The notes: generated from the sequence alone by a model not told the origin. Counted from the stretch's first letter, positions 1 through 14,906 are shown. The stretch: 46,462 nt of DNA from Catajapyx aquilonaris (GCA_000934665.2 JYFJ02003098.1:1-46462), one strand, 5' to 3'. Numbers and translations are program-made.

Positions 1-2350
1 CAGACATATGACTCCTATACTTAAATCGATCCTCTGGTGGCTAGGAAGGCAGTCATATACGTCGGGGCACTGAGTTCAGATACACCCTGTATATATAAAG
101 CCTTCACATCACTCTCAGAGATGAGGATTGCGGCGCGGCGCGGCGGGAGGAGAATCATTTACTTTACGTTATGGAAAAGCTATACCCTATGTTATCCTGG
201 AAGTTAGACTTGAATCTTGCTTGTGTGACAGTTGGGTAGCTCTGAAATTCCAGGATAAACGAGCGTGATATTTTCATTGACACTGGCTGCCTTATGAACT
301 AGACTTTTACTGCAACAATGGGTTAACTCACAACGTAGCCGTAAAGGTGGAAAATAATGGATAATATTTCTTATTCGTGATTTTCATCCTGTAATGTAGT
401 ATAAATTCTTCGGACATGTGCCAAAATATGAGGATGTTTTCGTAGCAATGGGCAATAAATGTATTTTTCCATCACTTTGACGCTAGAGTCCGTTTTCTCG
501 TTCATTTTAACTTTTCTTCATTTTTACAAAATGTGGATTAGGCCATTGTTGCAATTTTGTATACGTGTTGTCATGAAGGGAAGCATTCTAAACAATCGAC
601 ATTACACTGGTTGTAGAATGTTTGAGACCTTAATATACTAGTGATGTCACAGTGGGCAGCGATGTCAACAATATCAAGAAGTGATTCCACTAACAATGAA
701 GGCTTTTGATGTCAGTATCATTATAAGAGGTAATTTACATAGAGGAAATTTTACTCATGTGCAAATTGACTACCATATTCAAAATCATAACTATAGTGTT
801 CTCGATTTGCCATTTTTGCATACTGCATCATCATAGAAACCGTCATTTCCATTGCCTTACGGGCTCTTTTTAAATGTCACTTACCGGTATGTGCTAGTAC
901 ACTACAAAATACCTAATTCACCAAGCAAGCTTGCAGACATATACGCTTGAATAACAGAGTGATATAATAAACCAAACCAAATGTTTGCAGTGGGAAATAA
1001 CTGTAAATATTTTAGTTTCCCGTAATTTTTTGTATTATGTACACATTATTCTTCAGGGAATGACAATATTCTTGAACTGGCAGCCGTCTCAGGTCCGTAA
1101 TATCACATTTAGTTGCGAGAGTGCATGTTCGTGGAATCGAATGCTTGTGAAGTTATTAATCATTCAAGGCTGCCTTTTCATGGATTCATGCTGCATTGTT
1201 TGAAAACCTTGCCTATGTCTGCACCACTCGTATATTCATGTAACGTACAGCTGTCTAACCCTACTCACCACTGATAAAAAGTTTAGTGATTTAGAAATGT
1301 TATAACTATAATATACAATGGTTACCCCGTGATAGGCTCGTGGCCTATTAGGGAATCATCTTGTTTAATATCTGATTTTATTCATTAGCTTCACTGCTGA
1401 TACGAGATCATGGATCGTAGATTTTCATTATGGGGCATCCAAAGAAACAGACGCGCATTCCTTAGGGCTTAGGACAACACTAATATTTTGCTACATGTAT
1501 ACCTATGCAGAAGCTCATTCGTGTACTGCAGAAGACAAAAATGTACTGAAGTTGGATTGGGTCAGTAGTTCCTAATACAACGCTACTTATTGTACCATAT
1601 AAAGAGTTACTAACATTGGATTATAGAGATCATTAGAATTCCTGTGAACTCGTTGGAGCTCTTGACTCAATTCGCCTTCATCTATTACAGTACATAATAT
1701 ATCTCATTTATCGACAGAGTGGCCAGTAATTGCTTCAGACAGGGCAGGCCCCTGGTCTCGTTTCTAAGCCAAAAATACATTATAGAATTTTGTAATTGAA
1801 GCTTCATTATTGCGTGCGGCTAAAATTTAGTTTCATTTTGTTACCATTTGGAAAATCCTGCGGGGCGTATTATTGTCAAATACAGTAGTATTAGCAGATA
1901 TGACTCATGATGTAGGCTACTGTACTGTACGTCATGTCTCATAGCGCCCGTGCTGATAAATTCAACAGTTAATTTCAGCGACGCGACGCGACGTAATTAA
2001 ACATCCAATCCAAACATGATATAAAATGTCTTGGAGGAGTAAGGTGTCTCTTATACAAGTAGCCTGAAGCAAATGACAGAGTTACTAACCATTCTGCATA
2101 ATTATGTACTGCTAGCAGGGGCGGTTCATAAGAGGCCTCTCTGATTTCGTATGGGTGCACTGTTTGTCAAAATTCATACTTGTAACACAGGAAAACTTGA
2201 GTTTTACTAAACTTACGACCGGTTGAATAAAAGCAAATACGCTTATAAGAAAATCTGTTATTATGTATAGGCATTCACTATGCATAATTAGACATACTGT
2301 AAGCGGAGATTTTCGTTATCACCTGCTGTCATACAACCAGCCTTTACAGG

Positions 2351-2565
2351 TATAGATCGGTCAACATAAGAACGCAACCGAGTGTTCATCGCCGTGGCGC
2401 ACAGGTTGTAATACTGGAATCAGAAGTGATCTGTATGGCCATGCCAGTGTCAGAAATAAGTGATGTAACCTACAACATATCGTGCTAGCTCACAGATCAC
2501 TTCTCAGTCCAGGATTGCATCCTGTGCGCCACACTCGGTTGCGTTCTTATGTTGACCGATCTATA
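2351..2565. mobile_element. Foldback MITE (~215 bp)
   Basis: Perfect 35-bp terminal inverted repeat TATAGATCGGTCAACATAAGAACGCAACCGAGTGT (2351-2385 / 2531-2565), plus inner pairing GTGGCGCACAGG/CCTGTGCGCCAC and AGAAGTGATCTGT/ACAGATCACTTCT. Confidence 0.85.
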
Positions 2566-2739
2566 GCCGAAACTTAGATAGAACTTCTTATTATTTTGTT
2601 TTAAGAGTTGTCAAGCGCAACATTTTTTTTGTATTACCCTGTGATAGGGCCAGAGGCCCTCTTAGTGGGTTGAAAGACCACCATATTTTTCTATTCCATT
2701 TTCGTATTTTATTCAAACTCCGTACAGGGAAGAAAGGAC

Positions 2740-2967
2740 ATGTGGCTGGGATGGGGATTTTTCGGGGAGGAGACAAGGGTGCAAGTGCAATGTCGGAATA
2801 CTGGGTCATGTGCAGTCTCCCTGGAGGTTGTGTTGCCAGACGCCTCCAAGGCGCGGGTTAGAGACCCTCCTGACGCAGGCGAAAGGGAAATCTCAGGCGG
2901 GGATCGAGCCCGGGACCTTTCACTCAGAAAGCCGAGTCGTTACCAACTCGGCCACCACGCCTCCCCC
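2740..2967 (-). mobile_element. tRNA-derived SINE
   Basis: Minus strand reads GGGGAGGCGTGGTGGCCGAGTTGGTAACG...GGGCTCGATCCCCGCC, i.e. Pol III A and B boxes, followed by a non-tRNA body. 3' boundary approximate. Confidence 0.7.
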
Positions 2968-5900
2968 AACACTTTTATTCCAGAGAGAGTGAATCTATAT
3001 CGCCTCCTAAGGGGATCTCACAAATACTGAATGAGCCTGAAAAACCTGCCTTATAATCAACACATATATAAATATTGTGGGTTAGCCATGCGAAGATCAT
3101 ATTTTCAGCAATTATGATCTATTTGAAAAGTATATTATTTTATAACATGTCGTGATAATTTCAACAGTTAAATTTTTGGAATTGTGATAGAGGTAACTCA
3201 ACCTGGAAGCCTAGTGCATAAAATTATGTTCCAGTGATGGGTAGCATATGTGGCTAATAACAGAGGAAGAATGGATATTAAATGTATAATGCAATCAAAT
3301 AGGGCCTATAATTATAATCTGTAGATAAGTATTGCTAAGACCCAAGAGGGAGCACAGATCGAATTTTTCTGCCGTGCCATCTCAATGAAATGTCGGAAAA
3401 TAATACAAAAGAGGATTACTGAGCACAATCCATAATGATAGCCTACATAAGATTGGATTTACAGTATAACATTACTGATATGGGGTAAATTTCTTATTCC
3501 TGTACAATTTGCTCGCTCGTACAATGTAGCGTTCATGGCTGTTTTTTGTGTGGAAGTGATTGTAAGATGGCTAGTTAAAGTATCCAAATAGTCTAATAAT
3601 ATACAAATGACAGTTGTCTATTGCCTTTTTCCAGGATACTTCTCCATGCATTGTCATAATTATATGCAGATATATACCATACTAATCCATGATTACAGTA
3701 CAGCAAGTTCCCCCAATTTATAGTAGGCCTAAACTGTGCAGCACTTACTAACATGGATCCTTCTCCCCCCTTTTCTCCCGCTATAATCCTCCTTTAACAG
3801 GATGCCAACCGCACAAGATCTCTTGAAGAGTCGCGAGTGGGGCCACAAGGACCTGCTGGCAACCACGGAGTTGTCAGGTATCCTCCCTGCACAACATCTA
3901 CGCACTAGTCAGCTCTACAGGTCAGTGGATAATGTCCATTGGAAATATTTCGATGTTTAAACACAAAAAATGGCATTTTAAGCCGGATTGCATCTGGTGA
4001 GGTTATGTTCTATGGGGAAGGGAGAGATTACCTTCTTGTGTGCACAATGACATTGTATGGTGGCTGCTTCAGAGTGTAACACTTAGGGCTGGAAATTGGT
4101 CGTGTGACGCGAAAGCCTGCGCGGATGAATGCTGCAATGAAGGCGAATTGAACATACGGTCCATTCAGGGTATTTATATACCGTAAATGTGAACATCTCT
4201 CAGGAATATAATAATCAGTCACAAAATTGATAGGCATCCACAAATGCAATAAATCACTGCTCAATGATGTTCACGCTCGCCGTTGTGCTGTAGAGTATAT
4301 TGTATTTTTCACCGCGTAATTTATTGCTGCATTCGTTCCCGAAGGGCGAAGCCAAAAAGTCATCTCCTTTTCTTTTCTGGGGAGAATTGAATAAAAGAAA
4401 TAAGGCGCCAGGTTGACTTCCAGCCCTGTTACCCGCCTACACGCTGTCACATGTATGTCGAATGCAAGAATAGTCGCAAGACGGATGGGGGAGAGGGACC
4501 GAAGCTTCTCACAATCAGTAGGCCTTTTCTGCCACTTTTGTGGAGGTGTGATTGGTATTCGCTTTTCAATGCCCCGTTTCTATTCCCAAGCCAACTTTCC
4601 GGACTCAGTTCAGCATGACAAGTTGACAAATCTGGCGTCTCGATGTTGCTGGAGACGACCGTCCTTAAAATGTCCAAAATGAAACCGGAAAAATGAACCG
4701 CGGAAACAATGTCCGTCTTTCCTCCTTTCTTGCTTTGTTGTTTGCAACACGTTTATGGTCCCTTTTACACTGCCTTGTGAGGTTTCCAAGTGGTCAATGC
4801 GGAAAGTGGTGGTCAAATATTAGTGTGGTGTGTGGTGCTTCTTCAGGCTCGACCAACAAATATAAAAGGAGTGATAGGGTACCTTCCTTCCCCTGTAAGA
4901 AAACCATCTGTCCACCCCCATTGTTTCTGTCTTATTTTGAAGCCTGTGACATAGCCTCACTTGAAGCGTGTGACTTAGTCTCACTCAAGCGTGTGACGTA
5001 GGCTTACAAAGGAAGAGGGTTGGGTCTGTTGCCTTGTCAGTCATCGTAAGATGAGTTGCTGTGCACTTCTGGAAGGCTTTATTGTCTTAAGGACAGGACG
5101 CTTCAAATGAGACAAATCCGTGAAAAATAGATGGCGCAACCTGCGGTGGCGCCACTGCTTTGACTCAAACATGGCCGTGGCTTCCTCACCTGCAGACTCT
5201 CAGCTTCCGATGTTGTTTCCCTCTTCGATTAAACTTGTACGTGATGTGTTTTTTCTCTTCTAAGACATAGCGTATGTGCGGAAAAACCGAGTATATAAAT
5301 GAAGTTGTTTTAGAGGCTTTCCTGAGGATGCACCGCACGCATTTTTTTGCACAAGCCCTGGCATGATCTGTAGACTCTCTACTTGGGTGTCCCATTAGAG
5401 ACTTGTATAATACTCCAAATTTTCCCCTCCTTTTCACCCATCCTTCTCCAGTTTTCTACTCACGCAGTAAGTTCAAAATCCCACATATTTATAACGAAAC
5501 CCACGAACCTTAGAAACTTGGATTATCATACAGTTCTCCAAAAAGTAATGCGAAATCAGTGTCAATTCAGTGTTAAGCCACTCTAATTTCATCAAATGCA
5601 GGCGTCAGTATCGCGCATGTTGTTTTTAATCATCCTGATGTCCATAGCAAAAAGTGATGAACTGCATTGATACGTATCGGATTACCCATGTGATGCCCAG
5701 ATATCTATCTTTGCTTTGTAACGCTTCTTTGCAGAACTTGTGTGCAAAATGGGTTTATTTGTTACATCTTGGCCGCTGGATTCATGCAAACAAGTTTTGA
5801 AAAATAATGTCAGACTGGAATCTAATTTTGTGCCTGGCGGAAGTAGCCAAGGCCAGATTTCAAACTAGATTTTCAGAACACTAAGACCTGATAGTATCTA

Positions 5901-7249
5901 TAGGAGTAGCTTATAGCGAGAAAATAATTTTTTTATCTCGAGACATAGGACCAGCGGCCAAGAATAAAAAGCGTGGTTTTATCCCTTTTCAAAGAGCCAG
6001 TGGGATATTGATGTGACGGTCCAAGTACCTCTTTTAAGTAGGGTGGGTTGGGAATGGGTGGTCTGGGAATAAACCACCTAAAATGCACGCTGTTATCCGG
6101 AAACAAAATGTCCAGTTTCCCCAAGAAGCTTGTGTGTGTGTGTGTGTGACAGTGAAGGAAAAAAAAAACAAGGAGACCGAAACTTTCGACAGTGAGAATA
6201 ACATTTCTCTTTTCCAGCTGCGTGCAAACCGAAATTGCGGAGATGGAAACCGTCCTGTGACTACAATGGTTCAAAAGCTACGTTATTTTTTTCTCTCTTT
6301 CGCTATGTCTCTCTACATTACGAGTGCAATCTATGCCGGTCTCGAATATCACCCATCAAAGTGCTGGTCACCCACCCGCAACACCACCGGTGAAACGAAA
6401 AAAAAAATGCGTTTGGTGGAAGAGACTATTAGGTGTGCCAAAAACAACTGATAAAAAAGAGCAAACCATGACGTCACACGTGCCAAAAAATTCAAAGTGC
6501 CAATACCAGTCATTAACTTAAAAAGAAGACGGTAGATGAACCGCATTGCAACCTATCCTAAAAAGATACAGGGTAGTGCCTTTAAAAAGAAACTGGAATT
6601 GAAAAAATAATAATACTAAAAACCCAAGTCAGCACGCGATTTTGCAGAAATTTTCATGCCATTGTTGAGATCCCTAGGCCTTTTTTTTATTTTTCGCCCC
6701 GTCGCGTCGCTTCATATTGGACTACATGTTTACACACAAAAAAAGGGTACTTGAGCATCCTTGATCACACTATGCCCGCTTTTGCAGGCCGCTAGAATGT
6801 ACATTGTCAGTTCCAGAGGGACTATCCATTGGAGAGGTAATCACTAATAACGTTAATCCTGTGACTGTCACCCTGAATTGCTTCCAAGCGTGCTATTTCG
6901 TCCGCGATATCGGACTAAAGTGGACTAGCCCGTGTGATTTAAAATCCTCTCTTTTTTTCCGCTAACAAGGCAGTTTTTAGTCAACTCCAGAAGAGATTCG
7001 AGACTTTGACTTTCAAGCCTGCTTTTGTTCAGTAAAGATCAATTTTCCGGAGAAGCTTTTTCTTAGTTTATTTTTTTATTGCTAACGATAGTTACTCGCA
7101 TTGTGCATAATGCCTTAATTGATAATTTTTTAACTGTTGGCATAACGCGCGGTACAGGAAATCAGTGTTATATGTAGTCATAACATTATTATAGCAATTT
7201 ATGGTGTTGTAATGTACAGGAACAAAGAACTAATCTTGAAAGAAAAGAT

Positions 7250-8600
7250 AGCAACGACAAAGGGCAGGAATCTGTTGGGGAGACTAAGACAATCGCACTA
7301 CTATAATTATAAATTAGATCATGTGCATGCAAGAGTGTCACTAATTTAGCAAATCAGTTTCGATGGGTGTAGTATTTTGAATTCCCCCAACACAGATTTT
7401 GAGAGAATTCCGATATTAGCAGCATCCGTACAATATAAACGCCAAGACAGTTCAATGGAGATTTGTATCATACGGAAGAGGATGTACAGAATCGTAAATG
7501 TCTACCCTATCGAAGTTCCTCATCGTCTGTTGATCAATTCTGAGCGAGATCAATATTCACGTTGCCAAATGACCTGTTGAGGCACCTTTTTAGGCTATTT
7601 TGTCGATGTTACCACTGACCAAACTGGAAATTTGAGATAGTGCATCTTGACAGGAGTGTTTTTGTCAGCACAACAATTTTGTTACGCCAAAAATGGTTAC
7701 TTTCATGGTCGGCAATCTTTTGTTACAAACACAAATTATTCCCGTAAGTTGAGATGGCTTAACGTGAATATTTATTTTTGCTGTAACCTAATATTTTAAA
7801 GCCAACAAAAATTCGTGTCACAATTACCGTACTTTTGCAACATAACTGTTGATTTACTAACTTCTTTGTATGGTGTTACGTCACTGTAAATATTCCGTAG
7901 ATATTTATTATTGTGCTGTTGTAAAATGACTAATTACTTAAATATGCAGTACGAACCAGAAAATGACAAAACGACCTTGATTTATTTATGTTTCATGTCA
8001 CTGTAGTGCAAATAGTCGTACTTCTCGGCATGGGGACTACCACCATTACGTCCTACGACCTACGGTAACATTGCCAGATAGCTAAACAATAATCTTTGTT
8101 GTGGAAAGAAAATATGTTGTCATTTTAGGTTGTAGGTTACATAGCACAAAAACAACGTGACTAATATTGGGTAACTCGAAAGAAAGATCTGATCGCATGA
8201 CCTACTGAGAGGGTGAATCGTCAAGTTTATTCTTGTGATTGTCTCACGTAATAGGAAGAGGAGTTCCAAACTTGTTTTCTAAGCCGACACAATCACACCA
8301 CTGAAGTTGGTACCCTCCAATTATGTACTTTATAACTAACTGAGCCAATAGAACTTGAGGATTCTCTTGAAACCAGCAGAATAACATTTGAGGCACCGCA
8401 TTTTACTGATGACACACTGCCCAGCCTCAATCTGCTTACAGTTGATTGGCGTCATGATTTCCAGGCTGCCTGCCAACGGTATCGGCGTGAGTTTTCTTTG
8501 ACGTACTGTAGGGACACCCGGTAGCGTACCAATTTTGTACCCCACACTGATTGTAAATACAGTCATGAGTCTTCACCGTACCTGAAACTTGATAGCTTTG
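7250..8600 (-). mobile_element. Highly degenerate Ty3/Gypsy pol remnant (RT-RNase H)
   Basis: Motif fragments in the expected order across frames: PGVPTVRQRKLTPIPLA, CVGLENK (~CVDLRxxNK), IHPLSR, DVMV..EKYD, TDAANIGI (~TDAS), YTPIETDLL, TDSCPL (~TDHKPL). Boundaries approximate. Confidence 0.45.
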
Positions 8601-10706
8601 GTTGATGCTCATGCTTTATTTTTTAGAAGAGGAGGATTTGCCTTGTAGTTGAAAAAAAAATGGTTCGGTTTATTAAGAATGCCCCATGTTCACTAGTCGT
8701 CCATTGTGAGTAAATACACATATGTATAGGTATCTAAAAATATGACGGTTAATAATACGGGTACCTGTGTACACTCGTAACGTGGTTGTAAGCTGACATT
8801 TCCCAGTAGGCGAATTAGAACATACAATTAAGAATATTATGATTCTTATGCGTTACAATGCAATCACTCGTATAGTTTAAATGAAGGATGAAAGTCAAAG
8901 CATCAAATCTGACTTGGAAGTGATGTATTTTCAAAATTAAATATTTTCGGAACAAAATAATAGTCCACAATGAAACACTGTGTCGGACAACGACAAAAAG
9001 ACATAATCCCGTTGCATTTAATTTATTTAATTTTCCTCTGGGCCGATCACAGCAAGACGGCACAATACTCCAGACCAACAGCTCAAAATTTTTGAAAGGT
9101 GCTACCTGTCGTGTTCACCTGTTCAGTTATTTATTTTGTTGAGTCACATGAGCTACCGCACTCTACTAACACTGCAGTAGTTGTACTCAAAAAAAATCTC
9201 AAATAATCATGAATGTTAAAAGTTATTCTTGTTGTTGACTGCAGCATTGCAACTGATTACTATATATTTAAAAGAGAAAGAAAAACGTGGAGCACGCCAA
9301 CTAGTTCTATCACACCCAACGTAGTGACTCACGATTTTGAATCTTACTGTATGTGAGAATGAGCCTGACTGAAACGGGAAACCCGGACATTGTAAAAAAA
9401 AAAAGACCGACATTATAACATCCCGTGTGAATGTGTGAAAATATTACCATAAGATGTGGGGAAAAAGATCGCCTTTATTTCTTAGGAGGTAGTCACTGTT
9501 ATAGAAGCCTAAGTAATAATTGTCTGTTTTCTTGTACACATCCCCCTCCCTCTTAAAAGAAACCTTAAGCTCACCGCATTAGTACCACGACATGGTCCTA
9601 AGAAGACGCGTACATGTGTCACTGTCAGGGATATATAATATATAATATATATATTTTTTTCGTTTTGAACATGGTTGAGTTGCTTCAATTTCTTTTGCTA
9701 AGCCTTCCATTGATTTTCATTCGATTTTTACTCATGTACATACGAAAAAGGATTGTGTCGAATTTCAAAAAGCTCTGCATCAGCGAACATGTCACTGTGA
9801 TGGACAGTAGAGTAGCTGATAACTAATTTTAGGACGATGAGTAATAAAGAAACTCTAGAGGCCATCGCTTCTTTTATTGAGCACCTCCTGACAAACACAT
9901 GCACAGTCAGAATACATTCATGATATTTTACTAAAAAAACAAATAGTTATAGTACAGTAGATTCGTACATAGTTGTAGTCCCACGTTAAATATGAAAAGT
10001 TATAGCAAATGCTTACTGTGAAAGGTTAATAAAAATGTGAAGCTATTGAGCCTAAATTTTAAGCAATTTCTTTCGTAGCAAATGTAGACAAAATCCACAA
10101 GTGGTTTTCCCAAACTGGGCATTGATATCACGATTCTTAATTTTCCCAATAAATAAATACACGTTCTTTCACATAATTATGATGAAAGTTACCACCCAGC
10201 ATTTTCAGCGTTCTGAGTCTATTTCAGTTCCTAGTGCCATGCATCGGAAAAGTAAGTAGCTGCACGGATACATCATTCTTTGTGTTTCTTTCCAAAAACA
10301 TGTGAGCCAAGGCCTCTCGATCTTATTTCAGATAATCAAGGGGAAAATTCAGGGGGTACGCAGGAGTATTTCGGTTACATCTGTGACAATAGGCACATCT
10401 GACACACAGGGGCTAACCAATATATTACTCTGTAATACATTCAAAAGTTGTATTATTTAAGGCCCCAAGTTATACTCTCCCTGGGTAACTGACTCACTAT
10501 TTTTTATACCAACGTCTATGAAATATTAGAAGAAAACGACAAATTACCCAAGTGAGTGCTCTACACAGGGTAACCAGGTTTGGGGATTAAGTGATTATTT
10601 TGAAATAAAAAGACCGCTAGGCTGCGCTGTACCATAATCATTGCATTCGATATGTCAGATATTCTGAAAACAAGGTCTGGGTAAGTGATTTTTCTCCTTT
10701 GTCATA

Positions 10707-11258
10707 CAGGGTGATTCTCTCCAATGGAAACCCAAACATTCCTCAATAACTATGGTAACTATGGTAACTATAACTATGGTATGGTTCCCGATGAAAATTA
10801 ACATGTACTTACCTTGTATACTTGTATACTAAAGAATATGCCAAAAGTGGTCCCCTCCAGCATCCAAGAATTTTAAAATCCGAGTCTGCATATTGCCGAA
10901 GACTCCTGCCGATTGAAGGCGGCGATTCCATCCATTCCCACCCGCCAGTCTGTTTGGCGAGAGGGGTATCTCAAGGCAACGGGGCCTTGCGATCACGTCT
11001 CACCAAGGAAGCGGGCGGGCGGGAGTTGAGCCATTCCCGCCGGCCATTCTGCAGGAGTCTTCGGCAATAGGCAGACTTGGATTTTTAAAAAATTGGATGC
11101 TGGAGGGGACCACTTTTGGTATATTCTTTAGTCAGACCTTGTTTGTCATGATACAAGGTAAGTACGGTATACGTATATGTTAATTTTCATCGGGAACCGT
11201 ACCATAGTTAAAAAGTTATTGAGGAATATTTGGGTTTCCATTCGAGAGAATCACCCTG
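10707..11258. mobile_element. Tc1/mariner-type MITE with long TIRs
   Basis: TA|CAGGGTGATTCTCTC...GAGAGAATCACCCTG|TA with a TA TSD. Inverted arms pair for roughly 200 bp (e.g. CCAAAAGTGGTCCCCTCCAGCATCCAA / TTGGATGCTGGAGGGGACCACTTTTGG). Confidence 0.9.
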
Positions 11259-11690
11259 TATAATAAAATTGACGAGGTCTTATTATTTGCCTTTCCTATC
11301 ACTGCGATACAGCAATAAATTTCCAATAAGAGGCTTATTAGTTTCCCTATTGGTCGTTACCTGCATGTGACGCATGCGCAGAGAGGTCAGAGAAATGAAC
11401 GAGCCATGTATAATGCTCGATTTTGCTGAATCTGTTCTTTCTTTCCTTGAGCAAGGCGGGCCATACAATTCTGTCACGCCTTTACTCGTACGACGGCCAC
11501 ATATGAGCTTGTTTGTTTATACTGTGTGTGTTAGTAGAGATTAACAAGCAAGTCATGAAATATTATTGGCTGCTTTTTGACTAGAGTAGTCAACCAGCCG
11601 TCAATTTAAGTAGTGCATAATCATTTAATATGACGCATACTGGAGACTTTCCGTCCATGACTTCATGGTGACTCTAAAAATTCGGTTTGC

Positions 11691-11905
11691 GGAGCTGCAT
11701 AGCAGTGAAGTGGTTATCGCGGCAGCCTTCCCACCTATGAGGTCCCGAGTTCTATCCGCCGATCAGGCACTTTCCCGTGGAAAAAGTTTCAATCGGTTCT
11801 CTTCGTGTTTTCTTGGGGTTTGCCGTTTCCTTNNNNNTTCCCCCCCCCCCCCCGTCAAAATACATCAGCAACGCCAAGATTGGGAGCCACGGGTGCCGAA
11901 GTAGG
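11691..11905 (+). mobile_element. Degenerate tRNA-derived SINE
   Basis: TAGCAGTGAAGTGGTTATCGCG (A-box-like) followed by GAGTTCTATCC (B-box-like) at tRNA spacing. Contains an N gap. Confidence 0.45.
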
Positions 11906-11966
11906 TAATTGCCAGTCGAATTTATAGGTATACGTACGTACCGCTGAGGGCCGAAAGTCTTAAATA

Positions 11967-12298
11967 CAGTGAGCCCTCTTTTCTCCGTGGTTTGAAAATA
12001 TTAAATAAATATTAGCTACATGAAATCAGTAAATTACATAATACAGGACTTAATTTTATTACATTACAGTACTGTGTTATAACCATCCTATTTTATTGTG
12101 CTTGTGTTTGTTGATGTATTAATATTTATAATTTTTGTGTAATTTAAACTCATCATAGGTAAGTAGGTATGACTGTATGGATGTATGTAGGCTACTGTAT
12201 GTTACATAACGTGTGTTACAGTTTACAGTATACATAGAGTTCGGTATTATAAACGGGGGGCTTGGAACCTATTACCCCAGGATAACGGGGGATTACTG
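11967..12298. mobile_element. pogo/Tigger-like MITE
   Basis: TA|CAGTGAGCCCTC...GGGGGCTTGGAACCTATTACCCCAGGATAACGGGGGATTACTG|TA. CAGT...ACTG ends, TA TSD, and a 3' end resembling Tigger-family MITEs. Confidence 0.65.
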
Positions 12299-12899
12299 TA
12301 TTACGTGTGCCAGTTTTTTGTTATGCATTTGTACGGAACAGATGCGGCTTGAACTGTGACAATGTATTGTTGCTCCATATTAGAGGTAAGATTGCATCAC
12401 ATACAGTTACTTTCTCCTTCCCTTCATATGCACTATGTTTGAAATCAAATATTGCAATTTTTAAAATTATGCAAACATGCTAAGTCGACCAAACGATATG
12501 TGAGTCGTATTTTAAATATTTCTTTTGAAATGTTAGCAAGATATTAGGCAGCCACATCAGATAAATGGTTCAACACGAGTTAAAATTCCAAATGATTGAA
12601 AATTAATTCCTAATTTATATGAGAAACCCCCATCATGTAATGTTAAAACATTTCTGTTTCTGACCGCTAGTCCAATATCATGTAACAGGTTTAAAATTTG
12701 CTACATCATGATCTAATGTTCAACTTGATCGAAAAGAAAGGTTATGTCATCGACATTATCGGAAAGTTTCATATTGTGGAAAAAGTACCTGCTCATTGGG
12801 GTATCCCGCACCCAGTTACCATGTTCGCCAATATAATTATGGGCTGCGAGTGCGGCTTTTGTAGGGTGGAAGAGACCAACTTGTAAGTTCTTTACTTTA

Positions 12900-14800
12900 G
12901 GATACTAGATATAATATGTCGCAGCCTCGGTATAGCGGCTGGTTGAATAAACAGGTGGTCTGCAACCTGTTCGGTGTATTCTTGAACCACGACCACGGCC
13001 CTGAGTGACCCTGTGTAGTCACAGATGATGACCCAGCCGACCCAGGGCGGTAAGCCCTAATATCATCAGAAAAATGCTGGATTCTGAGTAAAGTTTGTCT
13101 AGCAACCTGTTTAAATACTCTATAAGTTAATATTGGTCTGATGTTTGCTTCCATATATACAATATACTGGATAGGTTCTGTAGTGTAGTAAACACAACCC
13201 GTAACATCTCCCCTTCCCACCTCTTAAAGTGGGGATATGGACAGTGCACCACCTTGCACATCATGTGTCTCTGAACCTCATGACCGCCATATGCTGCCGG
13301 CTAGCAGCAACAGTTCAACTCCAAAAATGAGCATAGGATTTTTTACGTCGAATTGCACTTGGTTTTATGACTTCGCTTCTGAAATCTGCGAATTGTGACC
13401 ATGCTTGGAATACCCCATTGTTGTGTCCATATGTGACACTCTGACGGTATAAGCTGCACCAAGCTGTTACAATCGACCCTTACAGCTCACATGAAACAGA
13501 ATGATCTCAATAAGAAAAAATACGTCAGATACAACACCCCCTCCCCCACCCCCCACCCAAAAAAAACTCCGTTTGGGATGCCATTCGAGAGGGGCAGTTG
13601 CGGACCCTCAGGCAGCTTGTTGATAGGTGGAGCGTGAGTCGGACACGGTCGAACAGCAGTTGTGTGACGATGGCGGCACCCATTCAAACATGTGCCAAGC
13701 AGGATAATGATGTTATTCATTTTTGTACATCGGCGTATGCAGGCAAAATACAGATCTACCATTCATCTCGTATAGTCATTAAGTCTACGGGCGTTGTAAT
13801 AAAGAATTCCTGGTGGTCCTGGTCCAGCTTCGGGCGATTCTATTCTTAATTTTGGAAGCAGAGCACTGTACGACTGACTAATACCATCACACTTCCTACA
13901 TTGCATATTCCCCCAGTTCCTGATAAACGTACCGGTACGTTATACAGTAGCTTCCTTAACGCGGAATTCCATTTCCAACCCGGTAAACAGTGATACTCTT
14001 GATGGCACATGCCCTGAATCTTCCCCCACAATTGAGAGTATAATCGCCTGCAGGGAAGCTTTCCGGTTCACAGGCTTTTTATTCGTGATATACTATGAAT
14101 AATAATCAAAGAATCTGGATATAATTTTCTCATAAAGTATTATTCACCTCTTTGTGATTTAACTTACTCGATGCGTCGTATTATTTCTTTGCAATGTTTT
14201 TTTTCAAAAATTAACATACAACTTCATGGTGCACTGCAGCTAAAATGTGCCGAATCACTATCCTCAACAGCACTGTTTGCAAATGTAAAAGTTGAGCTTC
14301 TTCTTTACTACTTTGCCCTAGAAAAATTCTGCACAGTATACATCTCGGGGTCAGGAACCTAGCTGCTGGGTACTCAAAAAATAAGTACATTTAGGCATGA
14401 AAAATAAAGGATCCTAGAGAAACCTTTCAACCGAATGCGTGCCTCGGAGAGAGAAGAAAAGCTAATAACAGCGAAAAAGGGAAACCCAAAAAATATTGTT
14501 ATGCAAAATGACATCAGGGACAATTTTGAGAATTGAGGAAATATCATCTTGGGTTTGGAGTTTGGGAGCAACATTCCGCAGGATCCGGCTGTACTCGATG
14601 GCTGCAGATGCTATGTGGACTGAACTCTTATTGATCTCCCTCCATGATATAGGGTTGGGGAGAGAGAGAAGGTTGGGTCGCCCTCCGTCACACTCAAGTT
14701 TCCGCTCCGGGAGAAATTTTCCCACCAGCTGTGTAAACATCACCGCTTCTCAGGCTTCACCACCCACCAACAAAATGTGCCTTTTTCGATTAAAAAAATA
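12900..14800 (-). mobile_element. Highly degenerate Ty3/Gypsy pol remnant (RNase H-integrase)
   Basis: Ordered fragments: IEKGTFCWWVV (~IEKExLA+VW), GKF..DGGRPNLL, IEYS..VAP..QDDISS (~Y.PG..N.AD.LSR), LPGW, VDLYF, EGPQL (~DNGPQF), SGPW (~GPY). Boundaries approximate. Confidence 0.4.
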
Positions 14801-14906
14801 TATATAATAAATAAATCGAAGGAGAAACTGTTGAACCTGATAACGTACTGCAACTGCGAAAGAATCTAATTTATTGGAAGAACAACACCTTTCACAGTCC
14901 GTTTTA

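Noticed and set aside
83..91. CACCCTGTA, a Tc1-type right end
   Set aside because: The partner TIR would lie outside the window, so it cannot be confirmed.
3800..3878. Possible isolated host exon (AG...GT bounded)
   Set aside because: No recognisable homology or partner exons.
4800..4900. Possible THAP-like remnant (VVCGASS..VPSFP)
   Set aside because: Too few conserved residues and no downstream W or CxxHF motif.
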